Positions 19,346 to 29,141 of a stretch of DNA of 64,000 nucleotides are shown in pieces. Source of the stretch: Vulcanimicrobiota bacterium (GTDB taxonomy: Bacteria; Vulcanimicrobiota; Vulcanimicrobiia; Vulcanimicrobiales; Vulcanimicrobiaceae); contig CAVTCS010000005.1 of the NCBI GenBank assembly GCA_963733295.1, positions 32,001 to 96,000 of the forward strand. The letters are read 5' to 3'. The notes under the pieces were generated by a model. The model saw only the letters and a program-made list of their open reading frames with translations, was not told where the DNA came from and ran no database searches. Made by a program: the position numbers and the translations under genes. Positions within the stretch are counted from its first letter, which is position 1. Every line of letters starts with the position of its first letter.

Positions 19346-19357
19346 AGGCCGCGACAT

Positions 19358-19828
19358 TTGAAAACGCTCCTGGTGGTCGCCGGCGCGATAGCACTCGCCG
19401 GCTGCGCGGCGGCCGATCGCGGAAGCAAGCAGAACGCGTCGCGCGGGCCGGCCGATAACGAGTCAGCGCCATATATGATCGCTTCGCTCTGGGGTGTTCC
19501 GAAGTGTTCGAGATACGGTAGCGGTGAGCGCCTGATTTTAAAGAGCGGCAAACGGAAGGATCTCAAACCGGCGCTCGACTACTTTCTGCGCACTCACGAT
19601 CTGTCCGAATGCTGGTTCGTCGACATTTTCACCGACGAAAAGGCGCTTGCTGAATTCATCGTCGAGACATCGGCGTCCGCCGACAGCGCCTCCGACGCAG
19701 CGAAACAAATGCTCACCTCAAACTACCTGCAGTTTACCAATGACCCATCCTCACACGAACGATGGTACGGGATTCCGGTCCACCTGCCGAACGGCCGATG
19801 GGAGGACCAGATCACGAACCTGCGCTAG
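19358..19828 (+). CDS. Hypothetical lipoprotein
   Basis: MKTLLVVAGAIALAGC lipobox. Confidence 0.6.
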   Translation: MKTLLVVAGAIALAGCAAADRGSKQNASRGPADNESAPYMIASLWGVPKCSRYGSGERLILKSGKRKDLKPALDYFLRTHDLSECWFVDIFTDEKALAEFIVETSASADSASDAAKQMLTSNYLQFTNDPSSHERWYGIPVHLPNGRWEDQITNLR

Positions 19829-20474
19829 GAATTGCGCTCTGCGCATTCGAGTGGAGTGCGATGCAGATGTAGAGGACGACCACGAGCGTCACGGTGCCAA
19901 GAAACGCCTCGGAGCGCAAGCCCCCAAGAACCGAAGCCGGTTGCGAACCCTTCGGCAACGCTTTTCCCGGAACGGGGAAAAACGACGGCACCGCTTTGAG
20001 GTAACGTGCGAAGGCCTCGCCGCGAACGCTCGCGAGAAACCGCTCCTCGACGCCGGCAAGATAGAAGCTGTACGCCGACATCGCGGCGACGAGAATGACA
20101 AGCACGGGCCAGGGGCCAAGCATCCCGATGCCGATCGCTTGCAACACGTTTCCCAGGTACAAGGGATTGCGCACGAAGCGGTACGGGCCCGAGACTCTCA
20201 ACTCGTCGGCCACCACGTCATGATGGTACACGATCGATCCCGGCAAGTAGCTCGCTGCCCAAACCCGCAATGCAAAACCGCCGGCCGTGAACGCAATCGC
20301 GGCTGCTGCAAGCCACGGCTCGAAGAGGCGAAACGCAGGTTGTAACGATTGGCCGAGTAGCCCGGCTATCGGATACCCGAAGAAGAAACTGAGCCAATAG
20401 ATGCCTCCGATGACGAACACTCGCCGGCGATAGAGCCACGGCGCCTTCTTGTCATCGGAAGTTTGCGTGCCCAA
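19812..20474 (-). CDS. Isoprenylcysteine carboxyl methyltransferase/PEMT-like membrane protein
   Basis: LRVWA...L.VSGPYRFVRNPLYLG...EERFL...Y...VP.FFP; start approximate. Confidence 0.85.
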   Translation of the reverse strand: MGTQTSDDKKAPWLYRRRVFVIGGIYWLSFFFGYPIAGLLGQSLQPAFRLFEPWLAAAAIAFTAGGFALRVWAASYLPGSIVYHHDVVADELRVSGPYRFVRNPLYLGNVLQAIGIGMLGPWPVLVILVAAMSAYSFYLAGVEERFLASVRGEAFARYLKAVPSFFPVPGKALPKGSQPASVLGGLRSEAFLGTVTLVVVLYICIALHSNAQSAIPSAGS

Positions 20475-20565
20475 TGCTGCGGGCTTCTGCGGCCGTCGAA
20501 GAAGTCCTAAGCCAGGTCCCCGTCTAATCTCCATCGATGCTCTTCCCCGCGCTTCGGGGCCGGCC

Positions 20566-22338
20566 GTGAATCGCCAACGAGCCTGGGTTATCGCGCTCAG
20601 CCTGATCGCCCTCATCATCTTCATGCCGGCCGCGAGCGACGGCTGGAGGCAGGGCGGCACCTTCGGCATGCGCATCGAACGCGCCGAGCCGCTCGTGCAG
20701 GCAGTGATCCCGAATTCACCGGCCGGTAAAGCAGGCATCCAAGCCGGCGACCGCATCGACGTCCGCGCGCTCGGCGCGACCGGTCATCTCGAACTGATGG
20801 CGCCGCACCCGGGCACGACGCTGACGTTGAGCGTCATGCACGACGGCGTTCCGCGGGTCGTCACGCTCACCGCAGTGGTCCGCAGCATCGCACCGCCCCT
20901 ACGCTGGCTGATCTTGGCCGAATTCCTATCGACGGCGGCCTTCATCGTCGTCGGCGCGTTGCTCGTGTTCTTACGTCCCGCGCCGATGACGTGGTGGCTC
21001 TGGCTCTTCTGCGTCGGCATCGTGCCGGTCAACGAATTGCTCGACTTCTACTCGTTCCTTCCCTTGTCGGTGTTCTACGTCGTGTGGCTGGTCGCGCGCG
21101 TGTTCCTCGGCGGGTTTAGCGCGTTTCCTCTGATGCCGTTCGTCCTGCGTTTCCCCGAAGACCGGATCATCGGCTGGCGTACCCGCGTGCGCATCCCGGC
21201 GATCCTCTTCACCGGAGTTTTGCTCGCCTACTACATCACGATTGCGTGGGTCGGGCTGTACGGCGGTCTCGACAACTACTCGCTCTTCAACGGCCTGCCC
21301 GCGCTCGGCGTCTACCTGTTCTCCGCGGCGCTCATGTTGCTGACGTATAGTCGCGCGCACGGCGCCGACAGACAGCGTTTGAAGTGGGTCGTCAACGGCA
21401 TGCTGATCGGCTTTTTGGCGCAGATCATCGTCTATTTGCCGGGTCCCGTGTGGCAGGCGCCGTTATGCGAATTGATTTCGATCGCGATGCCGATCAGCGT
21501 GGTGTATGCGGCCCTGCGTCAGCGTCTGATCGACGTAGATTTCGTCATCAATCGCGCGATCGTCTACGCACTCATGACCGCGCTGCTCATCGTGTTCGTG
21601 AGCATCATCGATTTCCTCACCTCGCACTTTATCTCCGAGTATCACCTAGCCCTGTACGCCGAAGCGGCCGCGACCATCGCCGTCGGGTTTGCGCTCGACC
21701 GTTTTCGCGGCGTGCTCGACCGTTTTACCGAAGGCATCTTTTTCAAAGCGCGTCACGAAGCGGAAGGGCAGCTGGGACGGGTCGCGCGTTCGCTCCAGTT
21801 CGTAACCCGTGAGGAGAGCGTCGACGAGGCTCTCGTCGACGAGCCGGTTCGCTGGCTCAATCTCGCATCGGCTGCACTGTTCGTGGTCGACGAAGGCCGC
21901 GGCACCTATTCGAGACGATACAGCGCCGGCTGGAGTGAAGGGCAGGTCGAGCGAGTTCTCGACGACGACGTCGTCGTTCGTTACCTGAAAACCGAGCGAA
22001 CCTCGCTCAACGCGAAGGAGGTCGCCTGGAAAGATGCCGTATTGCCGCGAGGCGCGGGCGCCCCGGTGCTCTACGTTCCGTTCTTTTGCCGCGAAGCTCT
22101 CTACGGCTTCGGCGTGTACGGCGCGCATAAAGACACGACGACGCTCGACCCCGCCGAGGCCGCGCTTCTGTCGGCCCTCGGCCCATCCGCAGGCATCGCC
22201 TTCGATCACATCACGTACGCGCTCATGCGCGAGCAGCTAGCGGCTGCCACGGAGCGCGCGAATCTCAACGAGAAACTTCTCGCTGCGTGGCTCGGTCGCG
22301 CACCGGCTCAAACGGGGGAACCGGCCGCTCCCGAATAG
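20566..22338 (+). CDS. PDZ + multi-TM + GAF-like membrane sensor lacking an output domain
   Basis: VIPNSPAGKAGIQAGDRI (PDZ), about nine TMs with DRQRLKWV and YAALRQRLIDVDFVINRAIVY, GAF-like C-terminus ending at a short coiled coil. Confidence 0.75.
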   Translation: MNRQRAWVIALSLIALIIFMPAASDGWRQGGTFGMRIERAEPLVQAVIPNSPAGKAGIQAGDRIDVRALGATGHLELMAPHPGTTLTLSVMHDGVPRVVTLTAVVRSIAPPLRWLILAEFLSTAAFIVVGALLVFLRPAPMTWWLWLFCVGIVPVNELLDFYSFLPLSVFYVVWLVARVFLGGFSAFPLMPFVLRFPEDRIIGWRTRVRIPAILFTGVLLAYYITIAWVGLYGGLDNYSLFNGLPALGVYLFSAALMLLTYSRAHGADRQRLKWVVNGMLIGFLAQIIVYLPGPVWQAPLCELISIAMPISVVYAALRQRLIDVDFVINRAIVYALMTALLIVFVSIIDFLTSHFISEYHLALYAEAAATIAVGFALDRFRGVLDRFTEGIFFKARHEAEGQLGRVARSLQFVTREESVDEALVDEPVRWLNLASAALFVVDEGRGTYSRRYSAGWSEGQVERVLDDDVVVRYLKTERTSLNAKEVAWKDAVLPRGAGAPVLYVPFFCREALYGFGVYGAHKDTTTLDPAEAALLSALGPSAGIAFDHITYALMREQLAAATERANLNEKLLAAWLGRAPAQTGEPAAPE

Positions 22339-22389
22339 GCCGGCGCACCCGCGCGGGTTCGTCCGAACCACGCACCGAAGCCCGCTTCT

Positions 22390-24366
22390 ATGCTCTTACG
22401 ATTTGTCGTGTGCGCCGCGCTGTTGGCGGCCTCAAGCGCCGTCGGAATATCGGCCCAACCCGTCGCCTCAGACGTTCGCGTGCGTAACTTCAATTCGGTT
22501 GCAATCTCGCCTGACGGCACGCGCCTCGTTTCGCTCGAGACTCCCGATGCGGGACCCGACTCTCCGAAAGAGCCGCAGCCGACGATCGTCATTCGCACGC
22601 TCGCAACGGGGCAGCGCTTCGCGATCGATTGTCCACCGAAAATTGACTGCATCCTCAGCAATCCGGTCTGGTCGCCGGACGGCGCACGTCTGGCATACCT
22701 GGAACACACGCTGAAGAGCAACGAGAGCAGGGTGTGGACGGTTGCCGCCGACGGATCGGACGCAAAACCGTGGCTGCGCGGCTACAAGGGACAGCTCGAG
22801 CGCCCGCTCTGGTCTTCCGACGGAAAGTCTCTCGCGTTGCTCGCGACTGCGAACGCGCACAAGAACATTGGGGCGACGCAACCCGGCGTCGCGCTCGTCG
22901 GCGACATCGCCGACGTCCGGGCGGCCGACGAGCAGCGCATCGCCGTCCTCGACGCCGGCGGGACGTTGCGCTACGCTTCACCGGCCGATCTGTTCGTGTA
23001 CGAATACGATTGGTTGCCGAGCGGTCGCGGCTTCGTCGCAACCGGTGCGCACGGCAACGGCGATAACAACTGGTGGGTTGCGAAACTGTACGCGATCGAT
23101 GCCGCCGGGACGGCCACCGCGATCTTCTCGCCACCGGAGCAAATCAACGCACCGAAGGTCTCTCCCGACGGCAAGACCGTCGCCTTCATCGCCGGTCTCA
23201 TGAGCGATTTCGGTTCGGTCGGCGGCGACATCTTGACCGTTCCCGTTTCGGGCGGCACCGCGAGCGACGTGACGCCCGGCATGGCGGCCTCCGCGGACTC
23301 CATATCGTGGGGCGGCCGGAACGACCGCATCACGTTCACGGCGCTCGCCGGCGATTTGGCTACGATCCAAACGGTCGATGTTGCGACGAAACATCTCGTG
23401 ACGCTGTGGTCCGCGCCCGAGACCATCGGCGGATATTACGCAAACGATAGCCTCCTGCGCGTCTCGTTCGCACGCGACGGCTCGACGAGCGCAATCATCC
23501 GGCAGAGCTTCGTACGGCCGCCGGAGATCTATGTGGGCCCGCTCGGCCGGTGGCACGCGGTAACGCACGACAACGACGCGATCCCCGCGCCCTTCAAAGC
23601 CCAAAGCGTCACTTGGACGAACGAGGGCTTTGGGGTGCAAGGCTGGCTGGTCGGGCCGCAAGACGTCGCAGCCGGAAAACTCTATCCCATGGTCGTCGAC
23701 ATCCACGGGGGACCGTCGGCCGCAGCGACGCCGAGGTTTCTCCCCCGCGGCGAGACGCGGGACATGCTCGAGCGCGGATACTTCGTTTTCTTCCCGAATC
23801 CGCGCGGCAGCTTCGGTCAGGGCGAACGCTTCACCGCCGCAAACGTCAGAGATTTCGGGTACGGCGACCTGCGCGACATCTTGACCGGCATCGATGCCGC
23901 CGAGAAGGTGGCGCCCATCGACGAGAAGCGACTCGCCGTCGGCGGTTTCAGTTACGGCGGCTACATGACGATGTGGGCCGTTACCCAAACGCACCGTTTC
24001 AAAGCGGCGTTTGCCGGAGCCGGCGTCGCGAACTGGCAGTCATACTACGGCCAAAACGGGATCGACCAGTGGATGATTCCGTTTTTCGGCGCCAGCGTCT
24101 ACGACGATCCCGCGATCTACGCGCGAAGCTCGCCGATCACGTTCATCAAAAACGTGAAGACGCCGACGTTCGTCTTCGTGGGAGAACGCGACGTCGAATG
24201 TCCGATGGCCCAGTCGCTCGAATTCTGGCACGCGCTCGACGCGCTCGGCGTCCCGGTCTCGTTCGTCGTCTATGCCGGCGAAGGTCACGGCATTCGTAAG
24301 CCCTCCGACCGGAAGGACTACGAGCGACGCATCATCGCCTGGCTCGACCGCTACCTCGCACCGTAG
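22390..24366 (+). CDS. S9 family (prolyl oligopeptidase/acylaminoacyl) peptidase, exported
   Basis: PD40/beta-propeller repeats, IHGGP, PNPRGS.G.G, GFSYGG, GERD.EC, GEGH. Confidence 0.92.
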   Translation: MLLRFVVCAALLAASSAVGISAQPVASDVRVRNFNSVAISPDGTRLVSLETPDAGPDSPKEPQPTIVIRTLATGQRFAIDCPPKIDCILSNPVWSPDGARLAYLEHTLKSNESRVWTVAADGSDAKPWLRGYKGQLERPLWSSDGKSLALLATANAHKNIGATQPGVALVGDIADVRAADEQRIAVLDAGGTLRYASPADLFVYEYDWLPSGRGFVATGAHGNGDNNWWVAKLYAIDAAGTATAIFSPPEQINAPKVSPDGKTVAFIAGLMSDFGSVGGDILTVPVSGGTASDVTPGMAASADSISWGGRNDRITFTALAGDLATIQTVDVATKHLVTLWSAPETIGGYYANDSLLRVSFARDGSTSAIIRQSFVRPPEIYVGPLGRWHAVTHDNDAIPAPFKAQSVTWTNEGFGVQGWLVGPQDVAAGKLYPMVVDIHGGPSAAATPRFLPRGETRDMLERGYFVFFPNPRGSFGQGERFTAANVRDFGYGDLRDILTGIDAAEKVAPIDEKRLAVGGFSYGGYMTMWAVTQTHRFKAAFAGAGVANWQSYYGQNGIDQWMIPFFGASVYDDPAIYARSSPITFIKNVKTPTFVFVGERDVECPMAQSLEFWHALDALGVPVSFVVYAGEGHGIRKPSDRKDYERRIIAWLDRYLAP

Positions 24367-24389
24367 CCCGCCGCGAAGTTGCCGAGCGG

Positions 24390-25841
24390 TTAGCGCAGGT
24401 CTTTGAGGTGCCCCTCTTCATAAAGGAGGGCGATTCGCGGATCGTAGCGCGGGACGAGCGCGGCAGATTCCGGAGGCGACCACATCGTCAACACCGTCAT
24501 CTTCGCGTCCGCAAGCAATTCGGCGGCTTCCCGGGGTCTGCCGGCCGCGACGTAGACGGCGGCTAGCGAACTCGGAGCGACGAAGCGCCGCTCGGGAGAC
24601 ACGACGATGCGGTCGGCTTCCGCGATCGCCTCGGCGCGCCGGCCTTCCTTCGCACGACAGTAGGCGATCCACGTCCGAAGCTCGACCCGGTTGAAGTCTT
24701 TCGTCGACAAGTGCTTCAGGATATCGAGCGCCCGTGCGGGTTGACCGCTCTCCTCGAGCGCCATCGCCATGTGTAGCCGCGAGAGGCTGCTGGCCGGATA
24801 CAGCGTGAGCGTCTCCTGCAGCTGCGGAATCGCTTCGGCATAGTGACGCGAGTAGTAATAGGCCATGCCGAGCGATCGCGAGATGACGAACGAGGTGGGA
24901 TCGAGGCGCCGGGCTTCGCGTAGCTCGCTGATGCTCAGCGAGAAGTTGCCGTTGTAAAGCTCGAGCGCTCCCAGCCACATGTGAGCGGAAGCGTCGTTCG
25001 GATCGAGCGCGATCGCCGTTTCGAATTCGCGCGCCGCTGCCAGCGGACTATGCCCGTACCAGTCGAGCCAATTTCCGTAACTTATATGCGCCTGCGGACT
25101 CCCGGGCGCCAAGCGTAGCGCTTGCAACGCGTATTCGCGGCCGGCTTCGCTGTGTTTCTTGACGTCGTTCCTCGAATCGTCGAGACCCGCCATCCGAAGT
25201 TCGGCGTCGGCGACACCGGCGTAGCCGAGCGGACTCTGCGGTGCGAGACGCGTTACGTTCTGGAAAGCGGCGAGTGCGAGCGGCAGTTCCTTGAACGGTG
25301 GCTGGTCGAAATAGAAACGCGCTAAACGATACTCGCTCTGCGCGCGCGGCGGAAGCAACGAGACGGCACTCGCATTGGATGCATGGAGCGAGCGGTAGCC
25401 GAAATTTGCTCCCAAACCGAGCACTGCCACGAACCCCGCTGCAACCAGAACGCGCAGCGCTCGCGGGCCGCCGAACGCGACGCTGCGGGATCGCACCGAC
25501 GGCGCAATCTCCGGTTGCGGCGCAGCGATTCGATTGACTTCGCCGGCAAACCGGTAGCCGCGACGCGGAACGGTTATAATGAGATCGTGGGTTCCGAAAT
25601 CCGCGAAGACCTTCCGCAGCAAGTAGACCTGCTGGGCCAGATTGCCCTCTTGGACCGACTCACCGGGCCAGACCGTTTCGAGGATAAGGTCCTTGGTCAA
25701 CAGCTCGTCCGGGCGCTCGAGGAAAAGCTCGAGCACCTCGAGGGCCTTCGGCGTCAGCGCGACCTGCGTGCCACGGTGTACCAGCTGCTTGCGCAACGTG
25801 TCGTAGACGAACGAATCGAATACGACGTACCGTTCCTTCAT
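24390..25841 (-). CDS. CadC/ToxR-like winged-helix + TM + TPR transcriptional regulator
   Basis: LTPKALEVL..FLERP..LLTKD.IL..VWP...V.EGNL.QQV..LRK...I.TVPRRGYRF, one TM, TPRs. Confidence 0.9.
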   Translation of the reverse strand: MKERYVVFDSFVYDTLRKQLVHRGTQVALTPKALEVLELFLERPDELLTKDLILETVWPGESVQEGNLAQQVYLLRKVFADFGTHDLIITVPRRGYRFAGEVNRIAAPQPEIAPSVRSRSVAFGGPRALRVLVAAGFVAVLGLGANFGYRSLHASNASAVSLLPPRAQSEYRLARFYFDQPPFKELPLALAAFQNVTRLAPQSPLGYAGVADAELRMAGLDDSRNDVKKHSEAGREYALQALRLAPGSPQAHISYGNWLDWYGHSPLAAAREFETAIALDPNDASAHMWLGALELYNGNFSLSISELREARRLDPTSFVISRSLGMAYYYSRHYAEAIPQLQETLTLYPASSLSRLHMAMALEESGQPARALDILKHLSTKDFNRVELRTWIAYCRAKEGRRAEAIAEADRIVVSPERRFVAPSSLAAVYVAAGRPREAAELLADAKMTVLTMWSPPESAALVPRYDPRIALLYEEGHLKDLR

Positions 25842-25937
25842 TTCCTGTATAGTACAGTAGCCGGGCCAGGAAGAAAAGAGAACAATTTGACAACTTTGAG
25901 AGCCCCGGCCGCCGGCCTGAGCTCCCTGTGAGTGTTT

Positions 25938-25952
25938 TGAAGATTTGTGAGA
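25938..25952 (+). promoter_or_regulatory. Candidate winged-helix regulator binding site (TGA-N7-TGA)
   Basis: TGAAGATTTGTGAGA, 14/15 identical to 28444..28458. Confidence 0.45.
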
Positions 25953-26005
25953 ACTCGCTCGGATAGAATCGCCCGGAAAATCGCCGGCTCGGAGGGCTTC
26001 CCATC

Positions 26006-27085
26006 GTGAAAAGACCGCAGCGACGCTCGGCCGCCCTGGCCGTCCTGCTCGCCGTTCTCGCTTTTTCGCTCGCGGCCGCGCCCGCGGCCGACACGACTCC
26101 CAAGTTTGACGCGATCCCAGGGTTCGAGGGTAATACCGGCTGGCTCAACGGTCCGCCCCTTACCCCCAGCGAGCTGCGCGGCAAGGTCGTGCTCGTCGAC
26201 TTTTGGGAGTACACCTGCATCAACTGCTTGCGCACGTTGCCCTATTTGCGAACGTGGTACGAGCGCTACAAGAACGACGGCTTCGTGATCGTCGGCGTTC
26301 ACACGAACGAGTTCGAGTTTTCCGGCGAGTCCCCGAACGTCGCCGCCGCAGTCAAGCAGCTCAACGTTACCTGGCCCGTCGTGATCGATTCCAAGAACGC
26401 GGTTTGGGACCGCTTTAAAGTCGACGAATGGCCCACCGAATATTTGTTCGACCAAAGCGGACATCTCGTCGATACCGTGACCGGTGAAGGCTGGTACCCG
26501 CAGACCGAAGCGAAAATTCAAGCCCTCTTGAAGGCTTCGAATCCGCAGCTGACGTTCCAGCCGGTCATGCAGCTGCTCCCGCAGGACAGCTACTTGAAGC
26601 CGGGCGCGGTCTGTTACTTGCACACGCCGGAGGTGCTGATCGGGCACATCAAGGTTGCGAATTTCACGCACTTCGACGACTCTTTGCGCAACGCGAGCTT
26701 CACCGATCTGACCACGACGCATAACGACGGCGACATCTACTTGCAAGGCGAGTGGCGTATCGCACCGGAATCGGTGGTTTCGGACGCGTCGCGCGACTAC
26801 GTGGCCATGCGCTACCACGCGATCCAAGTCGTCAGCGTCCTCTCCCCGCCGGGCGGGAAGAGCGTTCGGGTCGACGTAACGCAAGACGGCCAGCCAGTCC
26901 CCAAAGACGACGCGGGCAGCGACATTCACTACGATACGAACGGCACGTCCTACATAACCGTGGACGCGTCGCGCGCGTACGACCTCGTGATGAATGCGAA
27001 GTTCGGTCAGCACGACTTGCGCTTGACGGCCGAGAGCCCCGGGATCAGCGTCTACAGTTTCGCCTTCGAAGCGTGCGAGAAGTAA
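26006..27085 (+). CDS. DipZ-like exported thioredoxin (redoxin + C-terminal beta domain)
   Basis: WLNGPPL...LRGKVVLVDFWEYTCINC, GVHT.EF.F, TPE, YSFAF. Confidence 0.9.
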   Translation: MKRPQRRSAALAVLLAVLAFSLAAAPAADTTPKFDAIPGFEGNTGWLNGPPLTPSELRGKVVLVDFWEYTCINCLRTLPYLRTWYERYKNDGFVIVGVHTNEFEFSGESPNVAAAVKQLNVTWPVVIDSKNAVWDRFKVDEWPTEYLFDQSGHLVDTVTGEGWYPQTEAKIQALLKASNPQLTFQPVMQLLPQDSYLKPGAVCYLHTPEVLIGHIKVANFTHFDDSLRNASFTDLTTTHNDGDIYLQGEWRIAPESVVSDASRDYVAMRYHAIQVVSVLSPPGGKSVRVDVTQDGQPVPKDDAGSDIHYDTNGTSYITVDASRAYDLVMNAKFGQHDLRLTAESPGISVYSFAFEACEK

Positions 27086-27630
27086 GCGCCAAGGTCGCAC
27101 GCCGCGCGGAGCCGGATCTGCCGGCTTGCATCGCATGCCTCCTGGCCGTTCACGAGGCGGACGGCTACCCGTCGGTTTGGCCCGACGACGTGCCGAGCTT
27201 CCTGACGCCGGGCGGATTCCTGTGCGGATGGATTGCCCTGCGCGACGCCTCCGTCGTCGGACACGTCGCACTCTGCGCCGTCGATGAGGAGGCGGATGCG
27301 CGCTTCGTCGCCTCGAGCCGGCCCCGGCACATGCCGCTCGGTGAGATCAAGCGCCTCTTCGTGCATCCGGCGGCGCGAGGAACCGGGATCGCCGAGCTGC
27401 TGCTCGAGGCCGCAGTGCGCGAGGCGAGAGCTCGCGCGCTGCATCCGGTCTTGGACACCGTGGTGCGGATGCAAGCGGCGATGCGATGCTACGAGCGAAA
27501 CGGTTGGCGTCGCATCGCAAGCAGCGTCGCTACTTGGCAGACTGCCTCCGGCGAGCGTCCGCTCTTACACGAGTACGAGCTGCCTGAAGCGACTCTCGGT
27601 TCAGCCCCGTTCGAACGCGATGCCCTCTGA
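27073..27630 (+). CDS. GNAT family N-acetyltransferase
   Basis: VHEADGYP..WP, EIKRLFVHPAARGTGIA, AAMRCYER.GW; start approximate. Confidence 0.85.
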   Translation: MREVSAKVARRAEPDLPACIACLLAVHEADGYPSVWPDDVPSFLTPGGFLCGWIALRDASVVGHVALCAVDEEADARFVASSRPRHMPLGEIKRLFVHPAARGTGIAELLLEAAVREARARALHPVLDTVVRMQAAMRCYERNGWRRIASSVATWQTASGERPLLHEYELPEATLGSAPFERDAL

Positions 27631-28128
27631 CGTGCCGGGCGTCGAGTCCGAACCGGAGAGAAAATGCCGCGCTACGAGCGCAATGGGCAGGCCGACGCAG
27701 AAGATGTGAATCAGCACGCCTGCAATCAGAAGCTTGAGTGAAAACGGCTGCTTCGGTGTGGCGGAGAGCTGCACGACGACCCGGTTCATGAAGAAGTACA
27801 CCCAAACACCGTAGAGCGCACCGCAAAGTTCGGCGCGACGAATCAAGACGGGCAGCCAACGGCTCGCGATGACGTAGGCGGTTGCCGCACCGGTTGCGAT
27901 GACGTACTCGAAAAACAGACCGAGCGCGGCGGTCGCAAGGCCGCCCTCGAACGAGCGTAGTCCGAGCGCACCGCTCGCGATGAACTGGAGCAAAACGAGC
28001 GGCTTGACTCCCATCAAGCCGTACACGATGAGCGCCGCCGTAATATCGATCGAGCCGCACGCGATCCCGCCCCAGAGCACCGCTTTCAACAAGAGCTTTG
28101 GGTCGCGGGTTCGCAAGCTGACGGACAT
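27601..28128 (-). CDS. Four-TM membrane protein
   Basis: GGIACGSIDITAA...LQFIASGALG...GALYG...FFMN...HIFCVGLPIA. Confidence 0.75.
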   Translation of the reverse strand: MSVSLRTRDPKLLLKAVLWGGIACGSIDITAALIVYGLMGVKPLVLLQFIASGALGLRSFEGGLATAALGLFFEYVIATGAATAYVIASRWLPVLIRRAELCGALYGVWVYFFMNRVVVQLSATPKQPFSLKLLIAGVLIHIFCVGLPIALVARHFLSGSDSTPGTSEGIAFERG

Positions 28129-28443
28129 AGCGTTCGCGTACCTCGCGATCGAGTTGCTCCAGATCACGCTCGCGATTACGGCGGTCGGAGCAAAACCTGA
28201 CGTACGGCGCGTGCTTCGCACGCACGAAACCGAACCCTGCGGCGGGTTATCTTGGCTATTCCCTGATTTTGCGCGTTCGAATCGCAGCCGGCGATCGCGA
28301 GAGGCACGCCGGAGCGCCGGCGCGGCGCCTCGCCACTCGGGGCGACAATGTGATCTGGCATCCTTGGTGCGCCTTGAGTCGACGCCTCCGTCGAGGCGAG
28401 CACGAGAGCGTGATGATTTTTTACGTTGCCGCTACGCTCGCTC

Positions 28444-28458
28444 TGAAGATTTTTGAGA
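28444..28458 (+). promoter_or_regulatory. Second copy of candidate winged-helix binding site
   Basis: TGAAGATTTTTGAGA; weaker copy TGATGATTTTTTACG at 28411. Confidence 0.45.
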
Positions 28459-28505
28459 GTGCATCTCGATATGATGGCTTCATCTCGTGGAGACCTAAGC
28501 CGATC

Positions 28506-28946
28506 ATGACGAATTCCCCGCCGCCACTTCCTCGGACCGCCGACATCGCTAGCCTCGCACCCGCTCTGGACGCCTCTCGGCAAGGGGGACGCGAGGCCTC
28601 GGTCGTCATGCTGCGACCTCGGTCGCCGGACACGGCGGCAATCCAAGTTGGCGACATCCGGCTCGACCAAGAGACGCACCTGCTTCAGTGCGGCGGCCGT
28701 GAGTGGTTGCTCCGCGCGAAGTCGGTTGCCGTGATGGCGGTTCTGATGCGCAACGCGGGACGCGTCATTACGCGCGAGTCGCTGATCGCGCAAGTCTGGG
28801 GCCAGGGCGGCACCGACCACGACGCGACGCTGCGCGTGTACGTCCACCAGTTGCGGCAAATCGTCGATGCCGGCGAGCAGCGCCGGCGGCACATCGTCAC
28901 GATCCGGTCGTCGGGAAGCGGCGGAGGCTACCTCTTCAGGCCCTAA
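28506..28946 (+). CDS. Stand-alone OmpR/PhoB-type winged-helix DNA-binding protein (no receiver domain)
   Basis: VGDIRLD...LMRNAGRVITRESLIAQVWG...TLRVYVHQLRQ...IVTIR...GGYLF; start could be 28608. Confidence 0.8.
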   Translation: MTNSPPPLPRTADIASLAPALDASRQGGREASVVMLRPRSPDTAAIQVGDIRLDQETHLLQCGGREWLLRAKSVAVMAVLMRNAGRVITRESLIAQVWGQGGTDHDATLRVYVHQLRQIVDAGEQRRRHIVTIRSSGSGGGYLFRP

Positions 28947-29141
28947 CCGCTCGTAGCGTCGTAGCGCCGCGATCGAAGCGACGGACCGCCGTTTGGGTGA
29001 TGCCGGCGCTGCCTGGCGCTGTCGAAGAGTAGGGTTTCCCCGGATGCTGCGAACGGCCCAAGGCCGCTAGCATCTCCTCATACTGGCCGTACAAGCGGCC
29101 CGGCTATCGCATTTTGCGCTGGTCTGCGGAGGAGATCTTCA

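Noticed and set aside
25845..25857. CTGTATAGTACAG as a LexA box
   Set aside because: Spacer is 5 nt rather than 8, and the adjacent genes are not SOS genes; no box recognised upstream of uvrA either.
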